Shown here one piece after another: positions 13,590 through 26,835 of a DNA stretch of 64,000 nucleotides (its first letter is position 1; every line of letters starts with the position of its first letter). Position numbers and translations under genes: made by a program. Source of the DNA: Vicugna vicugna (taxonomy: Eukaryota); the NCBI GenBank assembly GCA_013265495.1, contig MU058065.1:186001-250000 (forward strand), written 5' to 3'. Under the pieces are notes generated by a model. That model saw only the letters and a list, made by a program, of their open reading frames with translations. It had not been told where the DNA came from and did no database searches.

Positions 13590-13806
13590 TTCACTGGGCC
13601 AGAATCAAGATGTCAGTTCCCTTGGTGTTTCCAGTGAGGTATCACATTCAGAGCCGACCTGAGTGATTCAGGATAATCTCCCCAGCTCGAGAGCCTTAGC
13701 TTAATCACACCTGCAAAGTCTCTTTTGCCATATAAGGTAACTTTCCCAGGTTCCAAGAATTACAACCTCAGTACCTTTGGTGGGGCCATCATTCAACCGA
13801 CCACAG
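13590..13806 (-). mobile_element. MLT1 (ERVL-MaLR) LTR fragment
   Basis: 'ttaatcacacctgcaaagtctcttttgccatataaggtaac...ggggccatcattcaaccgaccaca'. Confidence 0.75.
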
Positions 13807-14454
13807 TCTGCAAGGTCAGCGAGCCTCCTCACGGGTTTACATGAACGCCCTCTTTTTAAGCCTAATTTTAAGCATGATTAATTCTACAGGGCCATTGGGT
13901 ATGACCACTGCTTCAATGTGCTGTGGGATCCTAGAGCCCCAGAGAAGTTTATCTACTTTCCAAAAGGCGTAATTTATATCCAAGTTGGGGCTTGGGAACC
14001 GGGCTAGATTTTTATCCGTAAGGGCCACTACCAAGACTTTATATTCAGCCTGCACAGCTTCTGGGGGAGGCCATGTTTGTCTGACTCTGTGCAGAGATGA
14101 GGGATTTTTCCTTTCTTCTCTGTGCTCTTCATTTTCCCAAATGCAAGTCTAATCACTGCACAGGAGCACTGACTGGAAGCCTTGTTGGCCGGGATCCTTC
14201 TGGACCTCAGCAGGACCTGGAAGGATCCTGTGTGAAGCTCTGGGCTTGGCTGCTTTCCACTCTGCAGTTGGGAGCCCCACCTCTGTCACTGGCCAGTGAA
14301 CGCCCTCTCCGTCTTCTCGGTCCAGCCTTTAGATTTAACCCATGAGTGCCCGTCAGGTCTGGTGTCAGGGATGCTATACCTGGAGGAGGGGTGAGTGAAT
14401 CTTATGCCATGAATGATCCAGATGATGTCAGAGGAGGAAACTGGCTTACAATCG

Positions 14455-14665
14455 AAGGATCCAGGATCTGGAGTTAGATCCCCTAAGCCTGAAGCTGGTC
14501 TGTGTGATCCAGGACAAGTTGAGAAACCTCTGGGAGCCTTGGTTTCCTTACCTGTAACTTGGGGGATCGTTGCATTTCTCATCTAGGGTTCCTGCAAAGA
14601 TTGAATGCTGTAATCTTGAGTCAAACTCTTAGCACAATGCCTGGCATCTGGAAGCACTCAGTCCG
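14455..14665 (+). mobile_element. MIR SINE
   Basis: 'tgtgtgatccaggacaagtt..cctctgggagccttggtttccttacctgtaa...ttagcacaatgcctggca'. Confidence 0.75.
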
Positions 14666-15428
14666 TGGAAGCACTCGTGAGTAATGAGTCCTGCCCGGGG
14701 GACTTTCAGAACCTGGGTTTGCTGGTTGATTCACCAAGATGATGCTGAATATATGTGCGTGGGTGAAATGTCTTGCTCCCAAGTCCTACTTTCAGGCATA
14801 TTTTTGGAGACTTTTGACAGGAGTCAGTGCTGGGGGGAAGACAGATGTATAAAATATAGAACTTGGTGTCTGAAAGAGAGAGGGCAATAGATATCAAAGT
14901 TTTTGTAGATGCCACAGGACGAAGGCGGCTGGGTCACACGGTAGGAATCCAGAGCCAGATAGAAGGGCTCGGGGCCGTGGGAAGGACAGACGGTCTCCTA
15001 GATAATGAGGGGGCCCTGGTGACTTGCAAATCTCTGCACGCCATTCTCTCAATTCTCTGAATTTGTTTCCATTTATGATTATTTGGTGTCCATTTACAGT
15101 TAAGAGGGTGGCACGGAAATAGGACTGGGCGCTGTGTCTGTTGGGCGGAGCTGGCTGACTTGGTCGGCCTCACAGGAGAGGGTTTGGTAGGGCCACCAGC
15201 CAGGGCGGTTGGCTTCTGCAGAGAAACCTCTTCTGAGCCTGTGCCAGGAAGGGCTGGGTGTATTAACCCCGAAACCGAGTTCCGGAGCAAAGTGGGAAAA
15301 GGAGGCTGATGGTCATGCCTGAGCTTTCAGCGTGCACATTTCTCTTTGCCTCCTATAGCCAGGGGGTGGCATGAGAGTCTCAACCTCCCCCCGCCCCATC
15401 CCGATGGCCTCTCCAGACCAGGGTGATG

Positions 15429-15877
15429 GTGTTACTTGCCTAGCGCTGCTGTCGCAAAGTGCTTCAAACCAGGAGGCTTAAAACAACAGACATTTCTTTT
15501 TTCACAGTTCTGGAGGCCAGAAGTCCTAAATCAAGTTGTTAGTGGGGTTGGGTCCTTCTGGAGGCTCTGAGGGAGAAGCCACTGCACACGTTTCTCCTCG
15601 CTTCTGGTGGCTGTTGGCAATCCTTGGCGTCCATTGGCTTGTGGCAACGTCATTTCCATTCTCTGCCTCAGCTGTCACACGCCTTCTCCCCTGTGTCTCT
15701 GTCTTCTCCTTTCTGTCTCATCGAAGGGCTCCTCCCATTGGATTTAGGGCCACCCTAATTCAGAATGGTCTCACTTCGAGATCCTGCCCTTCACTACACC
15801 TGCAAAGATTATTCCAAATAAGGTCACATTCTGAATTCCAGGAAGATATATTTTGGGAGACACAAATTCAACCCAAT
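15429..15877 (-). mobile_element. MLT1C-like LTR
   Basis: 'ggcttaaaacaacaga...tcacagttctggaggccagaagtcc...ttccaaataaggtcacattctga...acacaaattcaaccca'. Confidence 0.85.
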
Positions 15878-16439
15878 AAAATGACCAAACAATTTTTTGT
15901 ACAAAACAAGGCACTCCAGGATTGACAGTGCCAAACTGGACAGCACCCAGTCAAGTGTCTTTGCTTGGACACTTGCTCGGGCACAAGGACTGGCTCTCTG
16001 ACCACCTCTGGGTCACCACCCACCACCTCCCCTGGGAAGGGCCGCTCTCAGACCGAGGGGTTGGAAGATGGAGCGTGAAGACTGAACTCTTCTTAATACC
16101 GACTTCTCAGTGTTTCCAATATTTTCTGGTAAAAATCCACTCACTCCTTGTGGAGTCCTCTCCTTCAGGGACACCAAAGCTGAAACACAGGCCACTCTCC
16201 CAAGCTTTCTGGCACCTTCTCCTGCTGTTCTCCCCTCTCTTCTCTTTCTTAAGCATTTCACTGACACCTTAGTGGGGGAAACGACAGTGGGGACAACAGT
16301 CCCGCAGGAGCTGGGGAGGAGTGAAGGCAAGTGTGCGCTCGGTCTGCTTTTGTGCAGAAGAACGTGTGCAGGAGACAACTGCATGGTGGTTTTCCTTTTA
16401 CGTTCAAACACGAGAAGTGAGCAAGTGCAAGGGAGAGCT

Positions 16440-17250
16440 CACCAGTAAGGTTTAAAACTGCAGTGGAAACGACAGTTGTAACACTTCTGTTTGAATAGAA
16501 ACCCATCAGAGCCCTTTCACGGTATACTGGGCTGTTCAATGTTACTGAGGATGTGGGGACAATGGGCAGACGCGGACACTGCTGATGAAAGCTCCATCAG
16601 CAGACTTTTTCTGGAGGACAATTTGACATCAACTCCCTGAAAAATACGCATAGCCATTCACCCGGTTTCACCTCAGGACAGTGATCTAGGAGGAAAACAA
16701 AACAGATTTGTTACAGCCCCACAAACGAGGAGTGCGACACAAAGACACAAACTATGCGTGAATCGGAATCAGCTGAAAGGCAAGTGCGATGGTATTTGGC
16801 TAAATGAGACGGTGGCCATGTGACAGCGTTGCACACGGCCATTAAAAATCACATTTTAAGAGAATATTTAGAATTCAGAATTCCTACATTTTATTTATTT
16901 TTTAGACATTTTTTAAAATTGAGTTATAGTCATTTTACGATGCTGTGTCAAATTCCAGTGTAGAGCACAATTTTTCAGTTACACACGAACATACATACAT
17001 TCGTTGTCACATTCTCTTTCGCTGCGAGCCACCACAAGATCCTGTATATATTTCCCTGTGCTACACAGTACAATCTTGTTTATCTATCCTACATTTTGAA
17101 TTCTGAAGAAAAAAAAAAGAGTATTTAATGACATTGCAAAATGATCAGGATAGAATTTGAAATTTAAGAGGCAAGTTACAAAGCTGTATGTTTCCAACGA
17201 TCCCCAACTGAGAAAGAAAACAAAACAAACGTGTCAGCTGGGTGGATGTA
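16440..17250 (+). mobile_element. Old L1ME-type 3' region, interrupted at 16871-17113
   Basis: 'gaggatgtgggga...cactgctgatg' and 'gccattaaaaatcacatttt..gaatatttaatgacat'. Confidence 0.55.
16893..17086 (-). mobile_element. Short 5'-truncated young L1 3' end
   Basis: Closely matches the 3' end of the L1 at 41015-41195. TSD tcctacatttt at 16882-16892 and 17087-17097. Confidence 0.9.
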
Positions 17251-18227
17251 CGTCAGGACGTTAAAGCTGAGTATCTCAGAGGGATGGGATTACAGGTGGG
17301 TTTTATTTTTATTTTTATTTTTATTTTTGCATTATTCCACACCTATGTACTTTCCACAATTAACATACATTAATCTCTTTCTGTTATATTGAGAAAAAAG
17401 CCCAATAAAACAAGGACAAATAGGAAAGATGAATAGAACAAGAAAAAATAATCTGAGTCCCTGTCCTGTCCCCTCCCCCTACTCTCTGTGTTCCTTGCTC
17501 GGTACAGGGTCAAGCTACTGAGGGGCGGGAAGCTCTACAGACCCCCCAGGGACTGCCGCCCTCTTCCTACACCTGTGTACTCTGAATCGAGCCCTTGGTG
17601 GCACTGCCTCATATAGATTCTCTGACCCCACAGTCTTTCTCTAAGCCTGGCTTATTTGCATGTCATAGTCCGGAAACTCTTTAAGCCTCCAGGAAGAGAT
17701 TGCTTTTCTTTCAGCTCCCAATTTGGAGCAAAATTTGCACAGTCTTTTGTGTCACTATTCCTGTCCTTCCAGAGTGACCCCCTTCTGCAAGCCACCTGGT
17801 TGGGGGGCAGCGTAAGTTGTCACTACTTGTTGAACAACTTCTATCACACTTGAACGTGCTGCAGTAAGTCCAGCCTGCTGGTCCTCCCTTTCGGGTTATC
17901 ATGAGCGCTACCCTGAAAGCAAATCTTTTAGTTAGACAGATAATCTTGAACTTTTCCTGCTTTGGGTATTAATCAAGTGTTTGAGGCTTTTCTTTTTTTC
18001 TTTTTTCGCCTTCATAGGTGTTAACTGATCAGTTCCCTGTACTTTGGAAAACTCCAATACCCGCTGTCCCTCTGCCCTATATTCTACCTCCTCCACCCCA
18101 CTCACCAGAGCTGAGATGCTACAGCTTCTGGTCCTTTTTATTACCATCCCTGTTACTCACTGTCACCTAACTTGTTATGCCTTCAAGGCACCTTCCTCCT
18201 GCTCAGCTAGTTTCTTTCTCAACTTCA

Positions 18228-18230
<3 letters not shown>

Positions 18231-18264
<34 letters not shown>
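18231..18264. repeat. (GT)17 microsatellite
   Basis: Direct reading. Confidence 0.97.
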
Positions 18265-18266
<2 letters not shown>

Positions 18267-18636
18267 TTAAGACGTGCAGACAGATGGGAAAATGACAGTA
18301 GAGCCATTAGGTGTGTTTGCACTCCTTTGACAATCTGCTTGGGGTAACAAATGTAAGCCTCTCTGTTTCAGTTACTCCATGAACACACATCTACTGCTCC
18401 TTTGTTCAGGTGACCTTAGATTCTGAAACAAAAATTAGAACACACGGTCTGATAAACTATCTTTTTCCCCTGATGTTTCAATATCTATTTGGTCAAAGTA
18501 TCACAAAGGGATACAAGTTAAAGAATGTTTAGTTTCAAAGTTATCTCTATTGATAGTAAGAAAATTCAATGACATTAGGACTGTTTTAGAAAATCTTCAG
18601 CACCTGGCTATCACGTTATTTTTTTACCTGTTGGGG

Positions 18637-18660
18637 TGTGTGTGTGTGTGTGTGTGTGTG
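18637..18660. repeat. (TG)12 microsatellite
   Basis: Direct reading. Confidence 0.97.
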
Positions 18661-20346
18661 GTGCTCACAGATGGTCAATCTACTTTATACACAGGTAGCA
18701 TTAGTTAAATAATTCCATGGGCATTAGAATATGTAATAACTCAAAATGCAGTTTACATCGACCCGTCGACTCATTAACTTATCAGCCCCAAACACATTTA
18801 ACACCGAACAGCAATTGTTCATGGCAGGTTACTGCTTGCTCTTCTCAGCGGCCAGATTAAGGAATGCTGAAAGGGGCTTTGCAGATTGGGAAAATTCTAC
18901 TTTAAAAAAGTGATATGACTTATAAGGACCACAAAATAGTAGTTTTTAGAACAAGAGTCCCAGATTCCTGTGGCCCAGATGCGTGTGTCACTCATGGTCC
19001 TGCCTGCTCCATTGTTTATCTGGCTATAGAAGTTGCTTCTTGAAAATAATTTTTAAAATATTGACATATAAAGGAAGATAACAATAACTTACAATTTCCA
19101 CACTCAGAGAGCACTTCTCTTAAGATTTTGACTTTTAAAATGTTACTGGTGGAGATATGAATGTATAAAGATCAGATTGAACATGTAATTTTGCACCTGA
19201 CGTCTTTTACTTAACATTCCATGCTAAGCATTTCTCTGTGCAACTAAAAACTCTTAAGAACGGAATTTTTAAATGCTTCAAACTCCATGATAGCAGGGAT
19301 CTTTTTCTGTTTTGCTAACTGATGTCCACCAGGAGCCAAGGCCAGGGCTGGGGGTAGGAGGAACTTACTGGATAGATGCTGAAAGCTCTATGCATTATAA
19401 ATATACTCTAGTTTGCTTCACTCTTTGGTCATGGACAACTTTTTTCTTTTATAAATTCTATCACCACGAACACTTTGGGGGACGCTCCTGAATCACCTAC
19501 CTTGGGAGTTAATTCCTGAAACTGTATTTCGTAAAGTCTAACTGTCCAGTCAAACAGCACACTTTTATGTCCTTTGATGTAAACTGTTTTCCGGTTATGG
19601 TATCCAAGTTCAAGAAGACTAGTAGGGATTATAGGCGAAAATTATCTTTATGGAAAGAACATAGATAACCAGCTAATAAGATAATTAAACCGTGACTTTC
19701 TTGAAATAATTTAACTGAGATAGCTTACTAATTAGAGGTGATGGGGCTGCAGTAAAGTCAATACATCTAAATGCTGACCACACTACCGCTAACCCTAGGA
19801 GGTTTTATTATTTATTCAATAATTGCACATCGAGTGCTGATAATGAATCGTGTGCTCAGTGTGGGGAAAAGGATGCTGAGGATCATTTCTGCCTGTGTGG
19901 GGCCTACAGCTGGCCAGGGCGGGGGGTGGGGGGGACAGAGGCCTGTGAATGTGCACCATCAGGGAGTGCTGAGTCAGAGGGAGACCTCAGGGTTCATTTC
20001 TCCAAGTAAATTGGGGAAAACTACATGGAATGTACTTCTTTCTCAATGCGCGGTGTTTCTTCTCTGATGGAAGGGACAGTCAACATTGTTAGATGGGGCT
20101 TGGAGAGAGATGAGACTCAAAGTGCCTCCGTAGGATCTCAAAGCGTTAGCAACAGAGGTCTGAACAGACTCAGCGAGACGCTCCAGCAGAGGCCTTAGCA
20201 TCACCGTTTAACTTCCCAAGGCCTTGGATTTTCACCTGTAGGATGAAGAATTATAATTTCAAACCCACTGCAGCCTTCTTTGAAATCTAAGCTTCAGGGG
20301 TCTGTGTGTCGGTTTAGGGGAGACCACTAGGGTCCCCAGCAACAGT

Positions 20347-20364
20347 CACTGCCCTCTACAGGCA
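20347..20364 (-). promoter_or_regulatory. Candidate CTCF motif
   Basis: Reverse complement TGCCTGTAGAGGGCAGTG has one mismatch to the CCASYAGRKGGCRS core. Motif match only. Confidence 0.3.
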
Positions 20365-22044
20365 GGACTCTGTGATCACAGACAAGCAGAAGACTTAGAA
20401 ATCTTCCTAAGGTAGCTCATCATTAGCATTTAAAAAAAAACCTTTTTATAATAAAAATTGGAAAAATCAGGTCTCCATTCACCTTATGCCCACTCACCAC
20501 TTTTTTTTCTCCCTGAAGTGTTGGCCAGACCCAGAGCCCAGAGCACTGGGGAGCACAAAGTGGATTCCCTTTACACTATTCCCAGGATTAAAGTGTGTCT
20601 TAAGATGACAGGATGTCAGGTTTTGCTCTGAGATGAGTACATTTCTTTTATTTCATTTGTTTTACAAGAACTTTCTGGCGTCGGGGGATGGATGACAGCC
20701 CATCCGCATCCTCTCCTCGACGAGCAGCAGCCTGGGATGCTTGTCGGATGCTACAGAAAGGGCCAGTGAAGGAACAGCCAGAGAGGCAGCATCTGGGGCA
20801 GAAACTGAAAATAAGATCAGATAAAAGCATGCAGCCAGCTTGCCAGTCTGCAGGACCCAGGCAGAGAAAGAGTCTAGTCAACGGGAGAGGAAGCAGAGGA
20901 GTCAGGAGGGTTAGAAGCGGAAGGGAGGTAGACCCTGTGCTGGGAGGTTGGCCAAAGCAGCTCTTTTGCAGGCACCTTGTTACCTCTGCGGATGAGCCAC
21001 CATCAGGAGCAACAGCTGGAGCTGGCCACAGTGAGACAACTAGAGCAGCAGTAGCGAGGAGGCGCCTGGCTGGCCGCAAGCCAGCAGCAGATCTCACGGG
21101 AACTGTTACCCCAGCTCAGGGCCAAGGAGCACACGGCAGGATCCTGCGCCATCTGCGTTCCCTCTAAGCACCTCAGGAGATGCCACAGGATGCTCACAGT
21201 TGTGTCTCGAGTGATACTGAATGACGTGGGCCTGATGTATCAACTGTAATTGTGAAAGTCTTTATTCGATGGGCATAAACTTCCTCATGATGCGTTGTTG
21301 CCAGGAAACTGCTCAACAGGTGGGTGATGTCAGTCGCCAGGGCTGGTCGGTAGATGGCCTGTCTCAGGGGCAGCACCCTTCTGGACAGAAGGCTGGATGG
21401 CGGAGAGCTGGATTTCTCCACCTTGGGGGCTCTAGCAGTCAATAAGGGGGAGAACTGAAAATGAGTTAAAAGAGAAAGAAAACTTCCCCATGAGGTGTAG
21501 ATCCCGGTGAAGAAGAAACTGGCATTCCTCGCATTTCCCCTGCTCACCCTCCCCCCAACCCCACTTTAAAGCCAGCAAGAAAGTCACGTCTCTACGCAAC
21601 CGTGACTGATTGATGACCCCAAGGAAACTGTGTGGTCGTCTCATTTGTCCTTGAGTGTTTGGAGGACTTGGACTTTACTGTTTCCTCCAATAATTCTGGG
21701 GCCAAATGAGGACTGTGTGTTCTAGTTTAAAAATTTCCTTTGGGAACCTGCTCCGTCTCTTCCTGTACTGGCTGATCCTCCGTTATTGAACAGTAGCAAA
21801 TGTGCTACCCAGCTTTAAATCCGTATTTGGCAAGTTCTCCGTGGTCCAGACAGAAGTGCCAAAAGAGGTGATGGGGCCAGCTTTATTTGACTTTTTAATG
21901 AGAGATTTAATTCCTTATTTCTGAAAAAAATTTGCCAAGTGTTTACATTAAAAAGAAACATATCCACACAAACACCATTTGACTCAAATTAGGGTAAGTT
22001 ATGCTTTGAATTCAGATGCGGTGAATTGCTTAGTTTAATGAAAA

Positions 22045-22260
22045 TTTATTCAATATTCAACAAACATTTATTGATTTCTCACCGTTGGCAGGGAATGGTG
22101 TTAAATACGATGAGGTTTGTATTGATAAATGAGATAATCCCTGTCTTTAAATCACTCATGGTCTCTTGAGGGAGGGAGACACTTAGTAAAAGATTGATGG
22201 CACATTGCGATTAACATTAGGCGTAAGTAAGCACGGGAGGCTATGAAGCCACGTTAGGGA
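22045..22260 (-). mobile_element. L2 3' fragment
   Basis: 'ttcaacaaacatttattga...atccctgtctttaaatcactcatggtct'. Confidence 0.65.
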
Positions 22261-22399
22261 TTTCACATAGATAGTACAAGGCTCAGAAGATCACCCACGG
22301 AAATGCCAAAGACCTCTACAACTGTCTTTATGGGTCCATATTTCTTTGAGTACCCCAAATGCCCTCTACATGTTACAAAATTTGATACTCCATTCTCTT

Positions 22400-22702
22400 C
22401 CGGTCTTTCCTCAAACATCACCTTCCTACTGAGGTCTTCCCTGATCATCTGATTATAAACTGTACCTCTGCCTGCTCACTGCTGGTACTCCCTACTCTTC
22501 CTTCCACACTTTATGTCTTTCTCTCCAAGAACTGTCACCATGGGATACGAAATATGTTTTAGTTTTTACTTGTTATTATTGTTAACCATCCATCCCCCTC
22601 TCCCCTAACTGGAAATGTGAGCACCATTCACATACAGTTGTATTCTCAGCACTTAGAAGTGTGGCTTTTATATATAGGAGATGCTCAGTGAATCTTTGTT
22701 GA
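22400..22702 (+). mobile_element. L2 3' fragment
   Basis: 'ctcaaacatcaccttcctactgaggtcttccctga...tgtattctcagcacttagaa...atgctcagtgaatctttgttga'. Confidence 0.75.
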
Positions 22703-23514
22703 CCAAAAGCAAGGATGAGGAGTTGTGTCATTTGCACCAGGTTAAGGATGTATCTAATGGCCCAGGCATTTTACTGTTACTCTTTACTAGCCAAAAAACA
22801 CTAAGGAGAAAATTTTAGATAAAAGTTAGATGGAAAAAGAGTCATCTTGCAATTAACTAATTAGTATTTATTGACTGCCTATCCATACTAGGCACACTGT
22901 TGGAAAACAATATATACAGCGATGCTCGAGAGAGATCTTTGCCTTCAAATACCTTATCATTTAATCGGTGAGCTAGATATGAAACCATGTACAAAAAGAT
23001 AACAACAGTGGAAAATCATGAGATATCTTAAGCAGAAAAAGAGAAAAAAATAAAGGAATGTCTAAGCAATCTTGGCTGAGTTGCCTGAGAGTAAGCTGGT
23101 TGGTCGGGAAAAGTTTCTTGGAAAACTTGACCTCAGGTGCAGGCTTTATGGAGAAAGAAATGAAACTCATGGTGCAGGAGAGAAGGTGGCAGAGAAAAGT
23201 ACTCTGCGGGGCACATCACTTACGGGGAAGACTGTGCAGAGCCATGATGCCTGGAGGCACGCTGTAGCATGGAACAGCCCTTAGATATTCACACGAGGGT
23301 TCTTCAGAGGAGTTATCTTGGGAAACAGTAGCCTTATTCCAACAATAATCCTTTTGTTCCAACCATTGTGAAATGCCTCTTTGGAAATGATCTTCAGAGA
23401 CTGACTGCCGCTTTTGAACTTTCTCCCTGGGGGCATCTTTGTTATTGGAAAACATTTAATATTTCGAGAAAAGCCAACAGTAGTTCATGGTCAAGCTGGG
23501 TGCTAGAGACAGAG

Positions 23515-23881
23515 AGACGGAATGTTTGTGCCCGCCCCCTCCCCCCACTTTTGTGTGAAATCCTAAAGCCCAAGGCCCTGGTATTAGGAGGTGGGGCCCT
23601 TGGGAGGTGATTCGGTCGTGAGGGCTCTCCAGAGATTAATAATGAAATTAGTGCCCTTATAAAAGAGACTTCAGAGAGCTCCTTCACTCCTTCCACCACG
23701 GGAAGACAGTGAAAAGACGGCAGTCTAAGACTTAAGAAGTAGGCTCTTACCAGACACCCAGTCTGCTGGCGCCCTGATCTTGAACTTCCCAGGCTCCAGA
23801 ACTGTAAGAAATAAATGTTTGTCTTTTCGAAACCACCCAGTCTCTGGTATTTTGTTATAACAACCTGAATGAACTGAGACA
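23515..23881 (+). mobile_element. MLT1A/B LTR
   Basis: 'gtattaggaggtggggccc', 'attagtgcccttataaaagaga', 'ctccagaactgtaagaaataaatgtt' and 'tggtattttgttata..gaactgagaca'. Confidence 0.9.
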
Positions 23882-26835
23882 CTGGGTTACCAAACTGAAT
23901 GATCAAATCAGGCAATACAATTTGGGCTTCAACTGAAGTGTGATTTTAAAGTAATGGGCTAAAAGAAAAAAAAAAAGAACAAAACAAAACAAAAAAAGAA
24001 GAAAAGGAAAAAAAAAGAAATCAAGTAATGGGCTAGATTTTCAGAGATGCTTCATACGCTGGAGCTGAAGGCAACCCCAAAGTCAGGGTTTAGAAATATG
24101 TTGAAGAGAACTGTGTCTTTGGCATGTCACCCACTAAGCTGATTGTTTTGAAAGCCATTTCCCACTTGAACGTATAATTGTTTAAAAAAGCAGCGTTAAT
24201 CTTCCATAAGCCACTCTTCACAGTTGTGAATATGGTTTCTTTCTAATTCCTCTGAATTCTTTCCATTAGCCCTTTGCATATGGGAAGGTGTTTTCCGCTT
24301 CGATATTTATTGGAATTGAACCAATTAGCTGTGATGGTGAGAAATGACCTCTTTGACTCAAGAACAGCATAGGGAAAACAGCAAAACTTCAGCTCTTGTT
24401 TAATTATTAGATGAGCGTTAGTGGTGTGGTCAAAGGAGATCATTAACTTTGACTTTATGCTTAATGAAAGAGCAAAGGCAGGCAGTGGCCACATCATGTG
24501 GACGAGAGATTTGGGGACACACAGTAACCCTTTCTGCTTCTTCTATTCTTCTGTTCTCTGCCACCCCCAGCGATACTCCTCAAACAGACTTGGGCCTCAG
24601 GCCAGGGTTCTGAAATACTCAGGTGACTGGCTAGCTATCCTCATGACCATCTCCAAACTCTACCTCAGCTTTCCTGGGTAGACTCCATCTCCATGTTCTT
24701 CAACACTGGATGTTTTTGGTGATAGAGAGATTTTGATCACCAAACCCTTTCTATTTCACATATAAATGGAAAGACCAAGAATCAGATTTAGTGTCTGGAA
24801 TCCATATGATTGATTCATTTATAGGCGCATATAGAAGATTTTGATAGGACCAAGTGCTAAATGCGTAACATTAAAAAGACAGACGTGGTTACCGTGGCTT
24901 TGAAAGTCATTCCCCTCCGTTCATCCGCCCTAGTGTGGACCATCAGAGAGAGGAGAGTTAAGCGCAGATATCAACTGGCTAGAGTTTCACAAGCCGCTGA
25001 CAAATAGATCCTAAGTGCGAGGGATCACTTGGTAAGAAGCAGCCTTGTTAAAAGTGACAAGGTCAAGTTCCAGGAATGGCAGTTCAATTGTCACTTTGGG
25101 TCTTAATATCCATAAGACTTAGAGCCTTTATGGCATACTGGAGCCCTCTAGTCATACCGTCCTAGAGTTCATGTGCCATTCAAGTAGAAAGGGACCAGAA
25201 AAGATCATTTCCCCAAATTCACGTTTAATGGATCTGTAATTTGTCGTTGTTGCTTGGTACGGGTTAGACTGATCTCTAAGACTGGATTGTGTATTCCCTG
25301 GACATATGGCACCGAATATTTGCACTTAGATTGTTTCCACTTGGGTTATCAAGTGTTGGACTAGTTGGAAACACACAGTTAAATATATGTTGAGTTACTG
25401 TAGGGACTAATCACTTGTACTTATGATTGGGTCTCACAATACCTGTAGAAATATACAGAGCACAAAAATGAAGGGAGTGGGGGAGAATCAAGTGCATACA
25501 GCTACAAAGTGACGAGGGACAAGTTATTCTACGGTAGACTTTTCCATCCCTCCGTGGCTCTCGTAGCTGTGTAAGTCATCGAGCTGTGTGGTTTTAGTGC
25601 TTTATTTGCAGTTGCTGTCAGATCTATGATTTTAAAGGCAGTGTACCCGCTGGTGTTTAAGCAGGAGAAGAGAGACTGGTGTGTGCAATGAAACAGGAAG
25701 AGCAGGAAAACGTGAGCAAGCTGGCACTTTGTCCATCACCATCGCCCTTGCTTAATAAAGTAATCGATGCCTCAGTGTGGCTTTGAAGTGGTTGCCAACT
25801 TCCTCACAGCACGCGAAACCTGATCCTTCTGCCTTTAAAAGGTGTGTGGAAGTGCAAACGGTAGTACTTGGGAATTCATTCAGCCACTTCCAAAGCGCAG
25901 TGTAAGCAGGGGCTGGGAAGACGAGACTGAGAGAGGAGGGGGAGAGGGCGTCCGCGAGTTTCAGGGGCTGGATGTCAGGTTTGGCTGACTTTCTACTACG
26001 CAGACTTGAACTTTACAGAGATAAACATTGGTTTCCCCAAAGGATCTAAAGGAATTAAAAGAAGGAACTTTGATCTTCTTAGCAGGTTTTTTTTTTCATT
26101 TAATAAGCTCACGGCAGAGTTGAGGACAAGCCAACTCAACCCATGTTTAATAAAACACTTGCTGGGCTACCACATTTAATAGGTGCATTTTAGGAGGTGG
26201 AAATTAGTGTCCAAATAATAAAGGAGAGGGAGATAGGTCAGGAGAACATTTTCTGGGCTTGAACTGAGACGACTACTGCACAAGACTGGCTCAGACCTGG
26301 GCTGACATAATTTTCTGTTATCTGCCTTCCCTTTCTGAGCAGGCGGTCCACGTGTTGAGGTTCTTGAAAATGTCAAGAATCATTTTTATATGTGTCATAA
26401 GTGCCACGCAGGAAACTAAGGAAGCCTTATATCTAGAACTGTGTGATGACCTTGGCTGTGTACCCACATTCCCTCTCGCACTTGGGGAGAACATGCTAAC
26501 GAGGCTGTTATCCTTGCTCAACGCGTTTGCAAACAAAGCGGTTGAGAACAAAGGCTGACTCCTTGGCAGCTCGTGGCTTGTGGAATTGTGCAAGAAAGTC
26601 AGAAGTCTGAATCTGTGACATTAGCTATTTCTGAAGCAACATGTCAATACGTCAAAAGAGCACAGTGACGTCTCTCTCGTGCTACAAACTGGAAAGTGCA
26701 AAAGATCGTGTGGTTAAACAGAGAGGTCTTTATTTGAACGATGGTCCAGAGCAGCAAAAGTCCTCTCCAAAATTCATCCTCTGGGTGTACTGGAGATCTC
26801 CAGCTCTGCTCTTCAACGAAAAGATCCATATTCCA

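Noticed and set aside
20648..21167. Overlapping 149- and 159-aa ORFs
   Set aside because: No recognisable homology or exon structure; expected by chance in GC-richer sequence.
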